In this document: positions 24,602-32,000 of the stretch, piece by piece | Position numbering within the stretch: position 1 is the first letter of the stretch | Layout: each line of letters opens with the position of its first letter | Position numbers and translations under genes: made by a program | Notes under the pieces: model-generated | What the model was told of the DNA's origin: nothing | Database searches by the model: none | Seen by the model: the letters and a program-made list of their open reading frames with translations, nothing else | Assembly (NCBI RefSeq): GCF_017876815.1 | Contig: NZ_JAGIOS010000001.1 | Span: 1,110,001-1,142,000, forward strand | Length of the DNA stretch: 32,000 bases | Reading direction: 5' to 3' | Source of the DNA: Sinorhizobium meliloti | GTDB lineage: Bacteria > Pseudomonadota > Alphaproteobacteria > Rhizobiales > Rhizobiaceae

Positions 24602-25825
24602 ATGGACATTGCGATGCGCATGAACCGACCGATATTGGCCGCCGCGCTGGCATCCGTGATTTTTCTCGCGGGCTGCCAGAAGAATGAAGAACAGCAGGCA
24701 GCGGCTGCCGCCCCTCCGCCGTCGCCGGTCGCCGTCTTCACGACGAAGGCGGAACCGCTGCCGATCACCAACGAACTGCCGGGCCGCATCACCGCCACCC
24801 GCATCGCCGAAGTCCGCCCGCGCATCTCCGGCATCGTCGTCGAGCGGGTGTTCGAGCAGGGCACCATGGTCAAGGAAGGCGACGTGCTCTACCGCATCGA
24901 CCCGGCACCGTTTCAGGTCAAGGTCGACAGCGCCGAGGCGACGCTGAAGCGCGCTCAGGCGGTGGTCGATCAGGCCAAGCGGACGGCCGACCGCCAGTCG
25001 CGGCTGAAGGAGGCGCAGGTCACCGCGGTGCAGCAGTACGACGATGCCATCGCGGCCCTCGCCCAGGCCGAGGCCGATGTCGGCATCGCCGAGGCAGGGC
25101 TCGCGGAGGCCAAGCTCAATCTGCAGTATACGAACGTCACGGCTCCGATCAGCGGCCGGATCGGCCGGGCGCTGATCACCGAAGGCGCGCTCGTCAACAC
25201 CAACGATCCGCAGAACCTTGCGACGATCCAGCAGCTCGACCCGATCTATGCCGACTTCACCCAGTCGGCGACCGACCTGATCCGCCTGCGCAAGGCGCTG
25301 AAGGACGGCCAGTGGATGAGTGCCAAGAACGAGGCCGAGGTTCAGTTGATCCTCGACGACGGAACGCCCTACGCGCTCAAGGGCAGGCTGCTCTTCTCCG
25401 AAGCCGCCGTCGACGCGACGACGGGCCAGGTGACGCTGCGCGGCGAATTCCCCAACCCGAACAACGATCTGCTGCCGGGCATGTATGTCCGCGTCCAGAT
25501 CCAGCAGGGTTTGGAAAAGGACGCGATCACCGTGCCGCAGCAGGCCGTGCAGCGCAACAATGCCGGCCAGTCGCAGGTCTATGTGGTGAATGCCGACAAC
25601 AAGGTTGAATTCCGCAACGTCACGCTCGGACGCACCGTCGGCGAGCGCTGGCAGGTGACCTCCGGCCTCAAGCCCGGCGAAAAGGTCATTGTCGAGGGTT
25701 TCCAGAAGGTCGGCCCGGGCGCGCCCGTGCAGCCATCCGACTGGGACCCGAATGCAAAGCCCGCGCCCGAACAGGCCAGCGCTTCGGCAGATGCCGGCGA
25801 AAAGCCTGCCACCGAAGTGAAGTGA
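24602..25825 (+). CDS. RND efflux periplasmic adaptor (membrane-fusion lipoprotein, AcrA/MexA-like; SmeA-like)
   Basis: ORF 24407..25825. Three in-frame ATGs (24602, 24614, 24620) precede the lipoprotein signal NRPILAAALASVIFLAGC. The ELPGRITATRIAEVRPRISGIVVERVFEQG and NLQYTNVTAPISGRIG motifs are typical of this family. Confidence 0.88.
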   Translation: MDIAMRMNRPILAAALASVIFLAGCQKNEEQQAAAAAPPPSPVAVFTTKAEPLPITNELPGRITATRIAEVRPRISGIVVERVFEQGTMVKEGDVLYRIDPAPFQVKVDSAEATLKRAQAVVDQAKRTADRQSRLKEAQVTAVQQYDDAIAALAQAEADVGIAEAGLAEAKLNLQYTNVTAPISGRIGRALITEGALVNTNDPQNLATIQQLDPIYADFTQSATDLIRLRKALKDGQWMSAKNEAEVQLILDDGTPYALKGRLLFSEAAVDATTGQVTLRGEFPNPNNDLLPGMYVRVQIQQGLEKDAITVPQQAVQRNNAGQSQVYVVNADNKVEFRNVTLGRTVGERWQVTSGLKPGEKVIVEGFQKVGPGAPVQPSDWDPNAKPAPEQASASADAGEKPATEVK

Positions 25826-25835
25826 GACCCATATC

Positions 25836-28800
25836 ATGCCCAGTTTTTTCATAGACAGGCCGATCTTTGCCTGGGTGGTGGCGATCTTCATCATGATCGC
25901 CGGCATCATCGCTATCCCGCTCCTGCCGGTTTCGCAGTATCCGGATGTCGCACCGCCGCAGATATCGATCAATACCAACTATCCCGGCGCCTCGTCGCAG
26001 GACACCTATCAGAGCGTCACGCGGCTGATCGAGGATGAGTTGAACGGCGTCGAGGGGCTGCTTTACTTCGAATCGTCGACCAGCTCCTCCGGCTCGGTCT
26101 CGATCGACGCCACCTTCCAGCCGGGCACCGATCCGAGCCAGGCCTCGGTCGACATCCAGAACCGGGTGCAGCGCGTCGAACCGCGCCTGCCCGATCCCGT
26201 CAGGCAGCAAGGCGTACAGGTGGACGAGGCCGGCGCCGGCTTCCTGCTGATCATCTCGCTGACCTCGACCGACGGTTCGATGGACGCGATCGGGCTTGGC
26301 GATTATCTCAGCCGCAACGTGCTCAGCGAAATCCAGCGCGTGCCCGGCGTCGGACGCGCCCAGCTCTTCGCGACCGAGCGCTCGATGCGCGTCTGGCTCG
26401 ATCCCGACAAGATGCTCGGCCTCAACCTGACGGCGGCCGACGTCACGGCGGCGATCCAGGCTCAGAACGCGCAGATCGCCTCCGGCTCGATCGGCGCCCA
26501 GCCGAATCCGATCACGCAGCAAGTCACCGCTCCGGTCGTCATCAAGGGTCAGCTTTCGAGCCCGGAGGAATTCGGTGCCATCGTGCTCAGGGCGAATGCC
26601 GACGGCTCTGCCGTGCGGCTGCGCGACGTCGCGCGCCTCGAGATCGGCGGCGAAAGCTACACCTTCTCCACCCGCCTCAACGGCAGCCCCTCGGCGGCCA
26701 TCGCCGTGCAGCTCTCTCCGAGCGGCAACGCGATGTCGACCTCGGCAGCGATCAAGGCCCGCATGGACGAGCTCGCGGAGTTCTTCCCGGAGGGGCTCGA
26801 ATATTCGATCCCCTACGACACCTCGCCCTTCGTCGCGGTGTCGATCGAGAAGGTGCTGCACACCCTCGTCGAGGCCGTCGGCCTCGTCTTCCTGGTGATG
26901 TTCCTGTTCCTGCAGAACGTCCGCTATACGATCATTCCCACCATCGTCGTGCCGGTCGCCCTGCTCGGCACCTGCGCGGTCATGCTGGCGATGGGCTTCT
27001 CGATCAACGTGCTCACGATGTTCGGCATGGTGCTGGCGATCGGCATCCTCGTCGACGATGCGATCATCGTCGTCGAGAACGTCGAGCGCATCATGTCGGA
27101 AGAGGGCCTGACGCCGAAGGATGCCACCCGCAAGGCGATGAAGCAGATCACCGGTGCGGTGATCGGCATCACGCTGGTGCTGGCTTCTGTGTTCATCCCG
27201 ATGGCCTTCTTCCCGGGCGCCGTCGGCGTGATCTATCGCCAGTTCAGCCTGACCATGGTCGTTTCGATCCTGTTCTCGGCGCTGCTTGCGCTCTCGCTGA
27301 CGCCGGCACTCTGCGCGAGCTTCCTCAAACAGGTTCCGAAGGGTCACCATCACGCCAAGCGCGGCTTCTTCGGCTGGTTCAATCGCGGTTTCGACCGGAC
27401 GTCGCACGGCTACACGCGCGCCGTCGGAGGCATCGTCAGGCGGACCGGCCGCTTCATGGTCATCTATCTGGCGCTGCTTGCCGGTCTCGGCTGGGCCTTT
27501 CTCCAGCTTCCTTCGTCCTTTCTGCCGGACGAGGACCAGGGCTTCGTCATCGTCATGATGCAATTGCCTTCGGAAGCGACTGCAAACCGCACCACGGAGG
27601 TGATCGAGCAGACCGAGACCATCTTCGGCCAAGAAAAGGCGGTCGACACGATCGTCGCGATCAATGGCTTCTCCTTCTTCGGAAGCGGGCAGAATGCGGG
27701 GCTCGCCTTCGTGACGCTCAAGGACTGGAGCGAGCGCGATGCAGACAACTCCGCCCAGTCGATCGCCGGTCGCGCCACCATGGCCATGAGCCAGATCAAG
27801 GACGCGATCAGCTTCGCGCTGTCGCCTCCGGCGATCCAGGGCCTCGGAACGACGGGCGGATTCTCCTTCCGCCTCCAGGACCGTGCGGGTCTCGGCCAGG
27901 CGGCACTCGCCGAAGCGCGCGACCAGCTTCTCGACCTCGCTTCCCAGAGCAAGGTCCTGACCGGGGTCCGCTTCGAGGGCATGCCCGACGCGGCGCAGGT
28001 CAGCGTCAATATCGACCGCGAGAAGGCCAATACCTTCGGCGTGACCTTTGCCGACATCAACTCGACCATCTCGACCAATCTCGGTTCGTCCTATGTCAAC
28101 GACTTCCCGAATGCCGGCCGCATGCAGCGCGTGACGGTGCAGGCGGACGAGACGAAGCGCATGCAGACCGCTGACCTCCTGAACCTGAACGTCCGCAACT
28201 CCAACGGCGGCATGGTTCCGCTCTCGGCCTTCGCGGACGTGGAATGGGTCAAGGCGCCGACGCAGACAGTGGGCTACAACGGTTACCCGGCGGTCCGCAT
28301 CAGCGGCGAGGCCGCTCCCGGCTACTCCTCCGGCGATGCGATCGCCGAGATGGAGCGTCTGGTGGCTGAGCTTCCCGCGGGCTTCGGCTATGAGTGGACG
28401 GGACAGTCGCTGCAGGAAATCCAGTCGGGCTCGCAGGCGCCGCTCCTGATAGCACTCTCCTGCCTGCTCGTCTTCCTCTGCCTGGCGGCACTCTATGAGA
28501 GCTGGTCCATTCCGGTCTCGGTCATCATGGTCGTGCCGCTCGGCGTCATCGGCGCCGTGCTCGCCGTGACGATGCGCGACATGCCGAACGACGTCTACTT
28601 CAAGGTCGGCCTGATCGCGATCATCGGGCTTTCGGCGAAGAACGCGATCCTCATCATCGAGTTCGCCAAGGAACTCCGCGAACAGGGCAAATCGCTCATC
28701 GACTCGACGCTGGAGGCTGCGCATCTGCGCTTCCGGCCGATCCTGATGACCTCGCTCGCCTTCACCCTCGGCGTTCTGCCGCTGGCGATCGCGACGGGCG

Positions 28801-28982
28801 CAAGTTCCGGCAGCCAGCGCGCCATCGGCACGGGCGTCATGGGCGGCATGATCTCGGCGACGGTGCTGGCGATCTTCTTCGTCCCGGTCTTCTTCGTGTT
28901 CGTGATGAAGATCTTCGAACGCGGAAGAGCGGCGCCGGAGGCGGCTAAGCCCGCATCCGAAACCACCAGCCCGGCCGAGTAA
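25836..28982 (+). CDS. RND multidrug efflux permease (AcrB/MexB family; SmeB-like)
   Basis: 1048 aa. The N-terminus MPSFFIDRPIFAWVVAIFIMIAGIIAIPLLPVSQYPDVAPPQI is the canonical AcrB start. 12 TM segments and two large periplasmic loops. No outer-membrane factor gene follows. Confidence 0.95.
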   Translation: MPSFFIDRPIFAWVVAIFIMIAGIIAIPLLPVSQYPDVAPPQISINTNYPGASSQDTYQSVTRLIEDELNGVEGLLYFESSTSSSGSVSIDATFQPGTDPSQASVDIQNRVQRVEPRLPDPVRQQGVQVDEAGAGFLLIISLTSTDGSMDAIGLGDYLSRNVLSEIQRVPGVGRAQLFATERSMRVWLDPDKMLGLNLTAADVTAAIQAQNAQIASGSIGAQPNPITQQVTAPVVIKGQLSSPEEFGAIVLRANADGSAVRLRDVARLEIGGESYTFSTRLNGSPSAAIAVQLSPSGNAMSTSAAIKARMDELAEFFPEGLEYSIPYDTSPFVAVSIEKVLHTLVEAVGLVFLVMFLFLQNVRYTIIPTIVVPVALLGTCAVMLAMGFSINVLTMFGMVLAIGILVDDAIIVVENVERIMSEEGLTPKDATRKAMKQITGAVIGITLVLASVFIPMAFFPGAVGVIYRQFSLTMVVSILFSALLALSLTPALCASFLKQVPKGHHHAKRGFFGWFNRGFDRTSHGYTRAVGGIVRRTGRFMVIYLALLAGLGWAFLQLPSSFLPDEDQGFVIVMMQLPSEATANRTTEVIEQTETIFGQEKAVDTIVAINGFSFFGSGQNAGLAFVTLKDWSERDADNSAQSIAGRATMAMSQIKDAISFALSPPAIQGLGTTGGFSFRLQDRAGLGQAALAEARDQLLDLASQSKVLTGVRFEGMPDAAQVSVNIDREKANTFGVTFADINSTISTNLGSSYVNDFPNAGRMQRVTVQADETKRMQTADLLNLNVRNSNGGMVPLSAFADVEWVKAPTQTVGYNGYPAVRISGEAAPGYSSGDAIAEMERLVAELPAGFGYEWTGQSLQEIQSGSQAPLLIALSCLLVFLCLAALYESWSIPVSVIMVVPLGVIGAVLAVTMRDMPNDVYFKVGLIAIIGLSAKNAILIIEFAKELREQGKSLIDSTLEAAHLRFRPILMTSLAFTLGVLPLAIATGASSGSQRAIGTGVMGGMISATVLAIFFVPVFFVFVMKIFERGRAAPEAAKPASETTSPAE

Positions 28983-28989
28983 TATCGAA

Positions 28990-29022
28990 GACGGCCCGCC
29001 CACCTACGGCGGGCGGGCCGTC
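28990..29022 (+). other. Perfect 12-bp GC-rich stem-loop between the pump and TetR genes (no U-tract)
   Basis: GACGGCCCGCCC-acctacggc-GGGCGGGCCGTC lies 8 nt after the RND stop and 22 nt before the TetR ATG. The AAGGAG RBS at 29027-29032 lies just downstream. Confidence 0.5.
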
Positions 29023-29043
29023 GCTCAAGGAGAATTTGAATAA

Positions 29044-29694
29044 ATGCGCCGAACCAAGGCCGACGCCGAGGCTACAAGACAGAAGATCCTGTGCGCCGCC
29101 GAGCGGATGTTCTACAAGAAGGGCGTTCCCAACACGACGCTCGAGGAAGTGGCGAAGGAGGCTGGCGTCACCCGCGGCGCCATCTACTGGCATTTCGCCA
29201 ACAAGACGGATCTTTTCCTCGCCCTTTACGAGGCCGTGCCGCTGCCCCACGAAGACATGATCGCACGCGAGATCGAAACGGAAGCCTTCGACACGCTCGC
29301 CATCGTCGAGAGCGCGACCAGCGACTGGCTGACGACCCTGGCCGCGGACGAGCAGCGGCAGCGCATTCTCGCGATCATGCTGCGCTGCGACTACGACAAT
29401 GACATGTCCGCCGTTCTCGTGCGCCAGCGCGAAATCGAGGAGCGCCACGATGCCCTTCTCGAGCTTGCCTTCGCCCGCGCACTGGAAAGGGGTCAGTTGC
29501 AGGAGCACTGGGCGCCGCCGACTGCGGCGCGGGCCCTGCGCTGGATGATGATGGGGCTCTGTACCGAATGGCTGCTCTTCGGCCGCCGCTTCGACCTCGT
29601 GGCCCAGGGGAGCGAAGCACTCCAGTCTCTCTTTGCGGGCTTCCGGCGGGTGCCGGCTCGCGGCGATACCTCCTCCCGCCTCGGCCCTAACTGA
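29044..29694 (+). CDS. TetR/AcrR-family transcriptional repressor (SmeR-like position, downstream of the pump)
   Basis: The N-terminal HTH RQKILCAAERMFYKKGVPNTTLEEVAKEAGVTRGAIYWHFANKTDLF is the TetR signature. 216 aa. Confidence 0.9.
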   Translation: MRRTKADAEATRQKILCAAERMFYKKGVPNTTLEEVAKEAGVTRGAIYWHFANKTDLFLALYEAVPLPHEDMIAREIETEAFDTLAIVESATSDWLTTLAADEQRQRILAIMLRCDYDNDMSAVLVRQREIEERHDALLELAFARALERGQLQEHWAPPTAARALRWMMMGLCTEWLLFGRRFDLVAQGSEALQSLFAGFRRVPARGDTSSRLGPN

Positions 29695-30157
29695 GCACTT
29701 TGCGCATCTCGACCGAGGTCGGGCGGGTGAAGCCGGGATGGGCGGTTCGCGCCGTCTCCACGAAGCCCCAGGCCGCGAAAGTGGCTTGGTTTCCGGCGAG
29801 CTCGATGCGTGTCTGGAGCCTCAGCGCAGGCAGGCCCAGATCGCGCGCCGTTTCCTCGGCGGCGGCGATGAGCATCCTCCCTACTCCCTTTCCCTGGCGG
29901 CCGGGAGCGACGGCGAGTTTGCCGATATAGAGACAATCCGCTTCCGGCTTGCAGAAGATGCAGCCCAGGAGCTCGCGCCCGGCGACGGCCGCGAAGGCGA
30001 TCTCGTCTCTTGCTTTCCGGTTGAGGGACGCCGCCGTCAGCGCATGGGCCGACGAGGGCGGATCGATACGGCCGTCCATATAGGCGAAGGACGCACGGAT
30101 CAGCGACAGCAACTCCTCGTAACGGTCGAAGCCCTCGTCGATGCGGACGGTCTCCAT
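29687..30157 (-). CDS. GNAT-family N-acetyltransferase
   Basis: ORF trimmed to the ATG at 30155-30157 (GAGGAC RBS inside the end of the upstream gene). Acetyl-CoA motif LAVAPGRQGKGVGRMLIAAAEE. Its 3' end overlaps the convergent TetR gene by 8 nt. Confidence 0.8.
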   Translation of the reverse strand: METVRIDEGFDRYEELLSLIRASFAYMDGRIDPPSSAHALTAASLNRKARDEIAFAAVAGRELLGCIFCKPEADCLYIGKLAVAPGRQGKGVGRMLIAAAEETARDLGLPALRLQTRIELAGNQATFAAWGFVETARTAHPGFTRPTSVEMRKVLS

Positions 30158-30164
30158 GCCGTCC

Positions 30165-30941
30165 TCAGCGCGTGCCGCGCCGATAGCGGATCGTGTTGAA
30201 TTGGGCGGCGAGCGCATCGTAGAGCAGCAGACGGCCGATCAGCGGCTCGCCGATGCCGGTGACGAGCTTGATTGCTTCCATCGCCTGCAGCGTGCCGATG
30301 ACGCCGGTGAGCGCGCCTAAGACGCCCGCTTCGGCGCAGGTCGGTACGGTGCCCGGCGGCGGCGGCTCCGGGAAGAGGTCGCGGTAGGAGGGGTTCGGGT
30401 GCCCCTCCGCATCGGTCCCGTAGGGCTTCAGCACGGTGACGGAGCCGTCGAAGCGTCCAACGGCACCGGTGACGAGCGCCACGCCTGCCGCCTCGGCCGT
30501 ATCGGCGGCGAGATAACGCGTATCGAAATTATCCGACCCGTCGACGACGAGATCGTATTGCCGGAAGAGCGCATCGGCATTTGCGGGGCCGAGCCTGACC
30601 GGGTGCGCCACGACCTTCACATGCGGGTTGAGGGCGTCGATCGCCGCTGCGGCGCTCTCGACCTTCGGCCGCCCGATATCGGCGGTGGCATGGATCACCT
30701 GACGCTGCAGGTTCGACAACGAGACGACGTCGTCGTCGACGATCCCGAGCGTGCCGACCCCGGCGGCCGCCAGATATTGCAGAGCCGGCGCGCCGAGCCC
30801 GCCCGCGCCGATGACGAGCACGCGCGCGGCCTTGAGTTTCTGCTGCCCCGGGCCGCCGATCTCCGGCAGCACGATGTGGCGTGCGTAGCGCGCAATCTCC
30901 GAAGGAGCGAGCGTCGCATCGGTCGTCATGTCCGTCTCCAT
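30165..30941 (-). CDS. moeB: HesA/MoeB/ThiF-family adenylyltransferase (molybdopterin-synthase adenylyltransferase-like)
   Basis: ORF trimmed to the ATG at 30939-30941 (alternative ATG at 30929). RYARHIVLPEIGGPGQQKLKAARVLVIGAGGLGAPALQYLAAAGVG, SNLQRQ and PTCAEAGVLG motifs. About 258 aa. No rhodanese domain. Confidence 0.85.
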   Translation of the reverse strand: METDMTTDATLAPSEIARYARHIVLPEIGGPGQQKLKAARVLVIGAGGLGAPALQYLAAAGVGTLGIVDDDVVSLSNLQRQVIHATADIGRPKVESAAAAIDALNPHVKVVAHPVRLGPANADALFRQYDLVVDGSDNFDTRYLAADTAEAAGVALVTGAVGRFDGSVTVLKPYGTDAEGHPNPSYRDLFPEPPPPGTVPTCAEAGVLGALTGVIGTLQAMEAIKLVTGIGEPLIGRLLLYDALAAQFNTIRYRRGTR

Positions 30942-30967
30942 GTAATTTTCGCGCAGGGCGCTGCATG

Positions 30968-32000
30968 TCACCCCGAAACGCGGCCGTTTGCAACGGCCAG
31001 ATATTGAGCGCGCTCGCCAAGGGCGTCGAACATCGCCCGGTCGGTGCCCGTCATGAAGGACTGGCCGCCGAGCCCATCGACCAGATCGAAGAGGGCGGCG
31101 CGGCGTCCCTGATCGAGATGGGCGGCGATTTCGTCGAGCAGCAGCACCGGGGCGTGGCCGGTCATATCCCCGACGAGCCGTGCATGCGCGAGCACCAGGC
31201 CGACGAGCAGCGCCTTCTGCTCGCCGGTCGAGCAACGCTCGGCCTCGATGTCCTTTTCCCGGTGGCGGATCAGGAGATCGCTGCGGTGCGGCCCGTCCAG
31301 CGTGCGGCCCGCGGCCGCATCGCGGGCACGGCCCTCGGCGAGCATTGCCAGATATCGCTCTTCGAGTTCAAAGGCGGGAATGCCGGCACAGTCATCGAGA
31401 AAGCCGGCGAGCGACAGGCTTGCGGACGGAAAGGTCCCATCGCTCCGGCTCCGCTCGACGAGGGCCGAGAGCAGGCCGAGCATCTCCTGACGGGCAAGCG
31501 CCATGGAGATGCCGAGCCCGGCCATTTCGCGCTCGATGGCCGACAGCCAGGCGGGATCGGGCCGGAATTCCGAGAGAAGCCGGTTGCGGCTGCGCATGGC
31601 GCGGTCGAACTCGCTGGCGCGGCGGCCGTGTTCGGGATCGAGCGACAGGACCAGCCGGTCGAGAAAGCGCCTGCGGTCGGCGGAAGGGCCGGTGAAGAGG
31701 CCATCCATCGCCGGAGTGAGCCACAGCACCCTGAGGTGATCGGTGAGTTCGTCGACCGTGCGGGCCGCAGTGCCGTTGATCCTGAGGCGCCGTGATTGCC
31801 CCTCCTCGGTCCCTTGAGTGCCCGTGCCGATCTCCACCGACCCTTCCATGCCGTCGACGGCGGCGAAGACCGAGAAACCATCGGGGGCGCCGACGCGGGC
31901 GACATCCGCATAGGCAGCGCGCCTCAAACCGCGCCCGGGCGAAAGAAAGGAGACCCCCTCCATCAGATTGGTCTTGCCCGCACCGTTCTCGCCGGTCAGC
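30968..32000 (-). CDS. recF: DNA replication/repair protein RecF (5' end outside the window)
   Basis: The reading frame stays open to the window edge. The last codons read LTGENGAGKTNLMEG (Walker A). Downstream are the FLDRLV, SGEQK (signature-like STGEQKALL) and LLLDEIAAHLD (Walker B) motifs. Confidence 0.9.
   Translation of the reverse strand, partial: LTGENGAGKTNLMEGVSFLSPGRGLRRAAYADVARVGAPDGFSVFAAVDGMEGSVEIGTGTQGTEEGQSRRLRINGTAARTVDELTDHLRVLWLTPAMDGLFTGPSADRRRFLDRLVLSLDPEHGRRASEFDRAMRSRNRLLSEFRPDPAWLSAIEREMAGLGISMALARQEMLGLLSALVERSRSDGTFPSASLSLAGFLDDCAGIPAFELEERYLAMLAEGRARDAAAGRTLDGPHRSDLLIRHREKDIEAERCSTGEQKALLVGLVLAHARLVGDMTGHAPVLLLDEIAAHLDQGRRAALFDLVDGLGGQSFMTGTDRAMFDALGERAQYLAVANGRVSG

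Noticed and set aside
29687-29694. 8-nt convergent overlap of the TetR and GNAT gene 3' ends.
   Set aside because: It is real in the sequence but common in compact genomes. No structure or motif suggests a special regulatory role.

Overview
High-GC window with a Rhizobiaceae-like character. RIME-type palindromic repeats, CTTGAC-type promoters and the gene order are reminiscent of a Sinorhizobium/Ensifer chromosome, but this is from memory and not verified. Most of it is ordinary, densely packed housekeeping or catabolic DNA, and I see no clear defence island, prophage, IS element or CRISPR array. Contents in order: (1) An iron-uptake module at 40-5613: FAD monooxygenase <- TonB-dependent receptor <- AmpG/RhtX-like MFS permease, with a divergent AraC regulator. 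(2) A decayed hicAB toxin-antitoxin relic abutting tRNA-Ser(GGA) at 5623-6214. (3) A small membrane protein, msrA, an orphan BMP-family binding protein, slyX and a CysZ/EI24-like membrane protein. (4) A ~14 kb amino-sugar (GlcNAc/MurNAc) super-cluster at 10229-24002, made of three operons: amidase-nagK-cutC; BadF-type kinase-GntR regulator-SIS deaminase-nagA on the minus strand; and murQ plus a sugar ABC transporter with an embedded Gfo/Idh/MocA oxidoreductase. (5) An RND efflux pair with a downstream TetR gene at 24602-29694, an arrangement like SmeAB-SmeR of S. meliloti. (6) GNAT acetyltransferase, moeB/thiF-like gene and the 3' two-thirds of recF. The points most worth a second look are listed here. 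First, twin TGGTA-T7-GGYAT direct-repeat operators in the divergent nag/mur promoter region. Second, the non-PTS MurQ route, with two unrelated sugar kinases and an oxidoreductase inside the ABC operon. Third, the translationally coupled amidase-NagK-CutC operon. Fourth, near-identical palindromic repeats in inverted orientation that bracket the nag/mur segment. Fifth, a TGA-N9-TCA (RirA IRO-like) box on the AraC promoter. Sixth, frameshifts in the TonB receptor C-terminus and in hicB. Many long ORFs in the supplied track are antisense or extension artefacts of the high GC content and are rejected.
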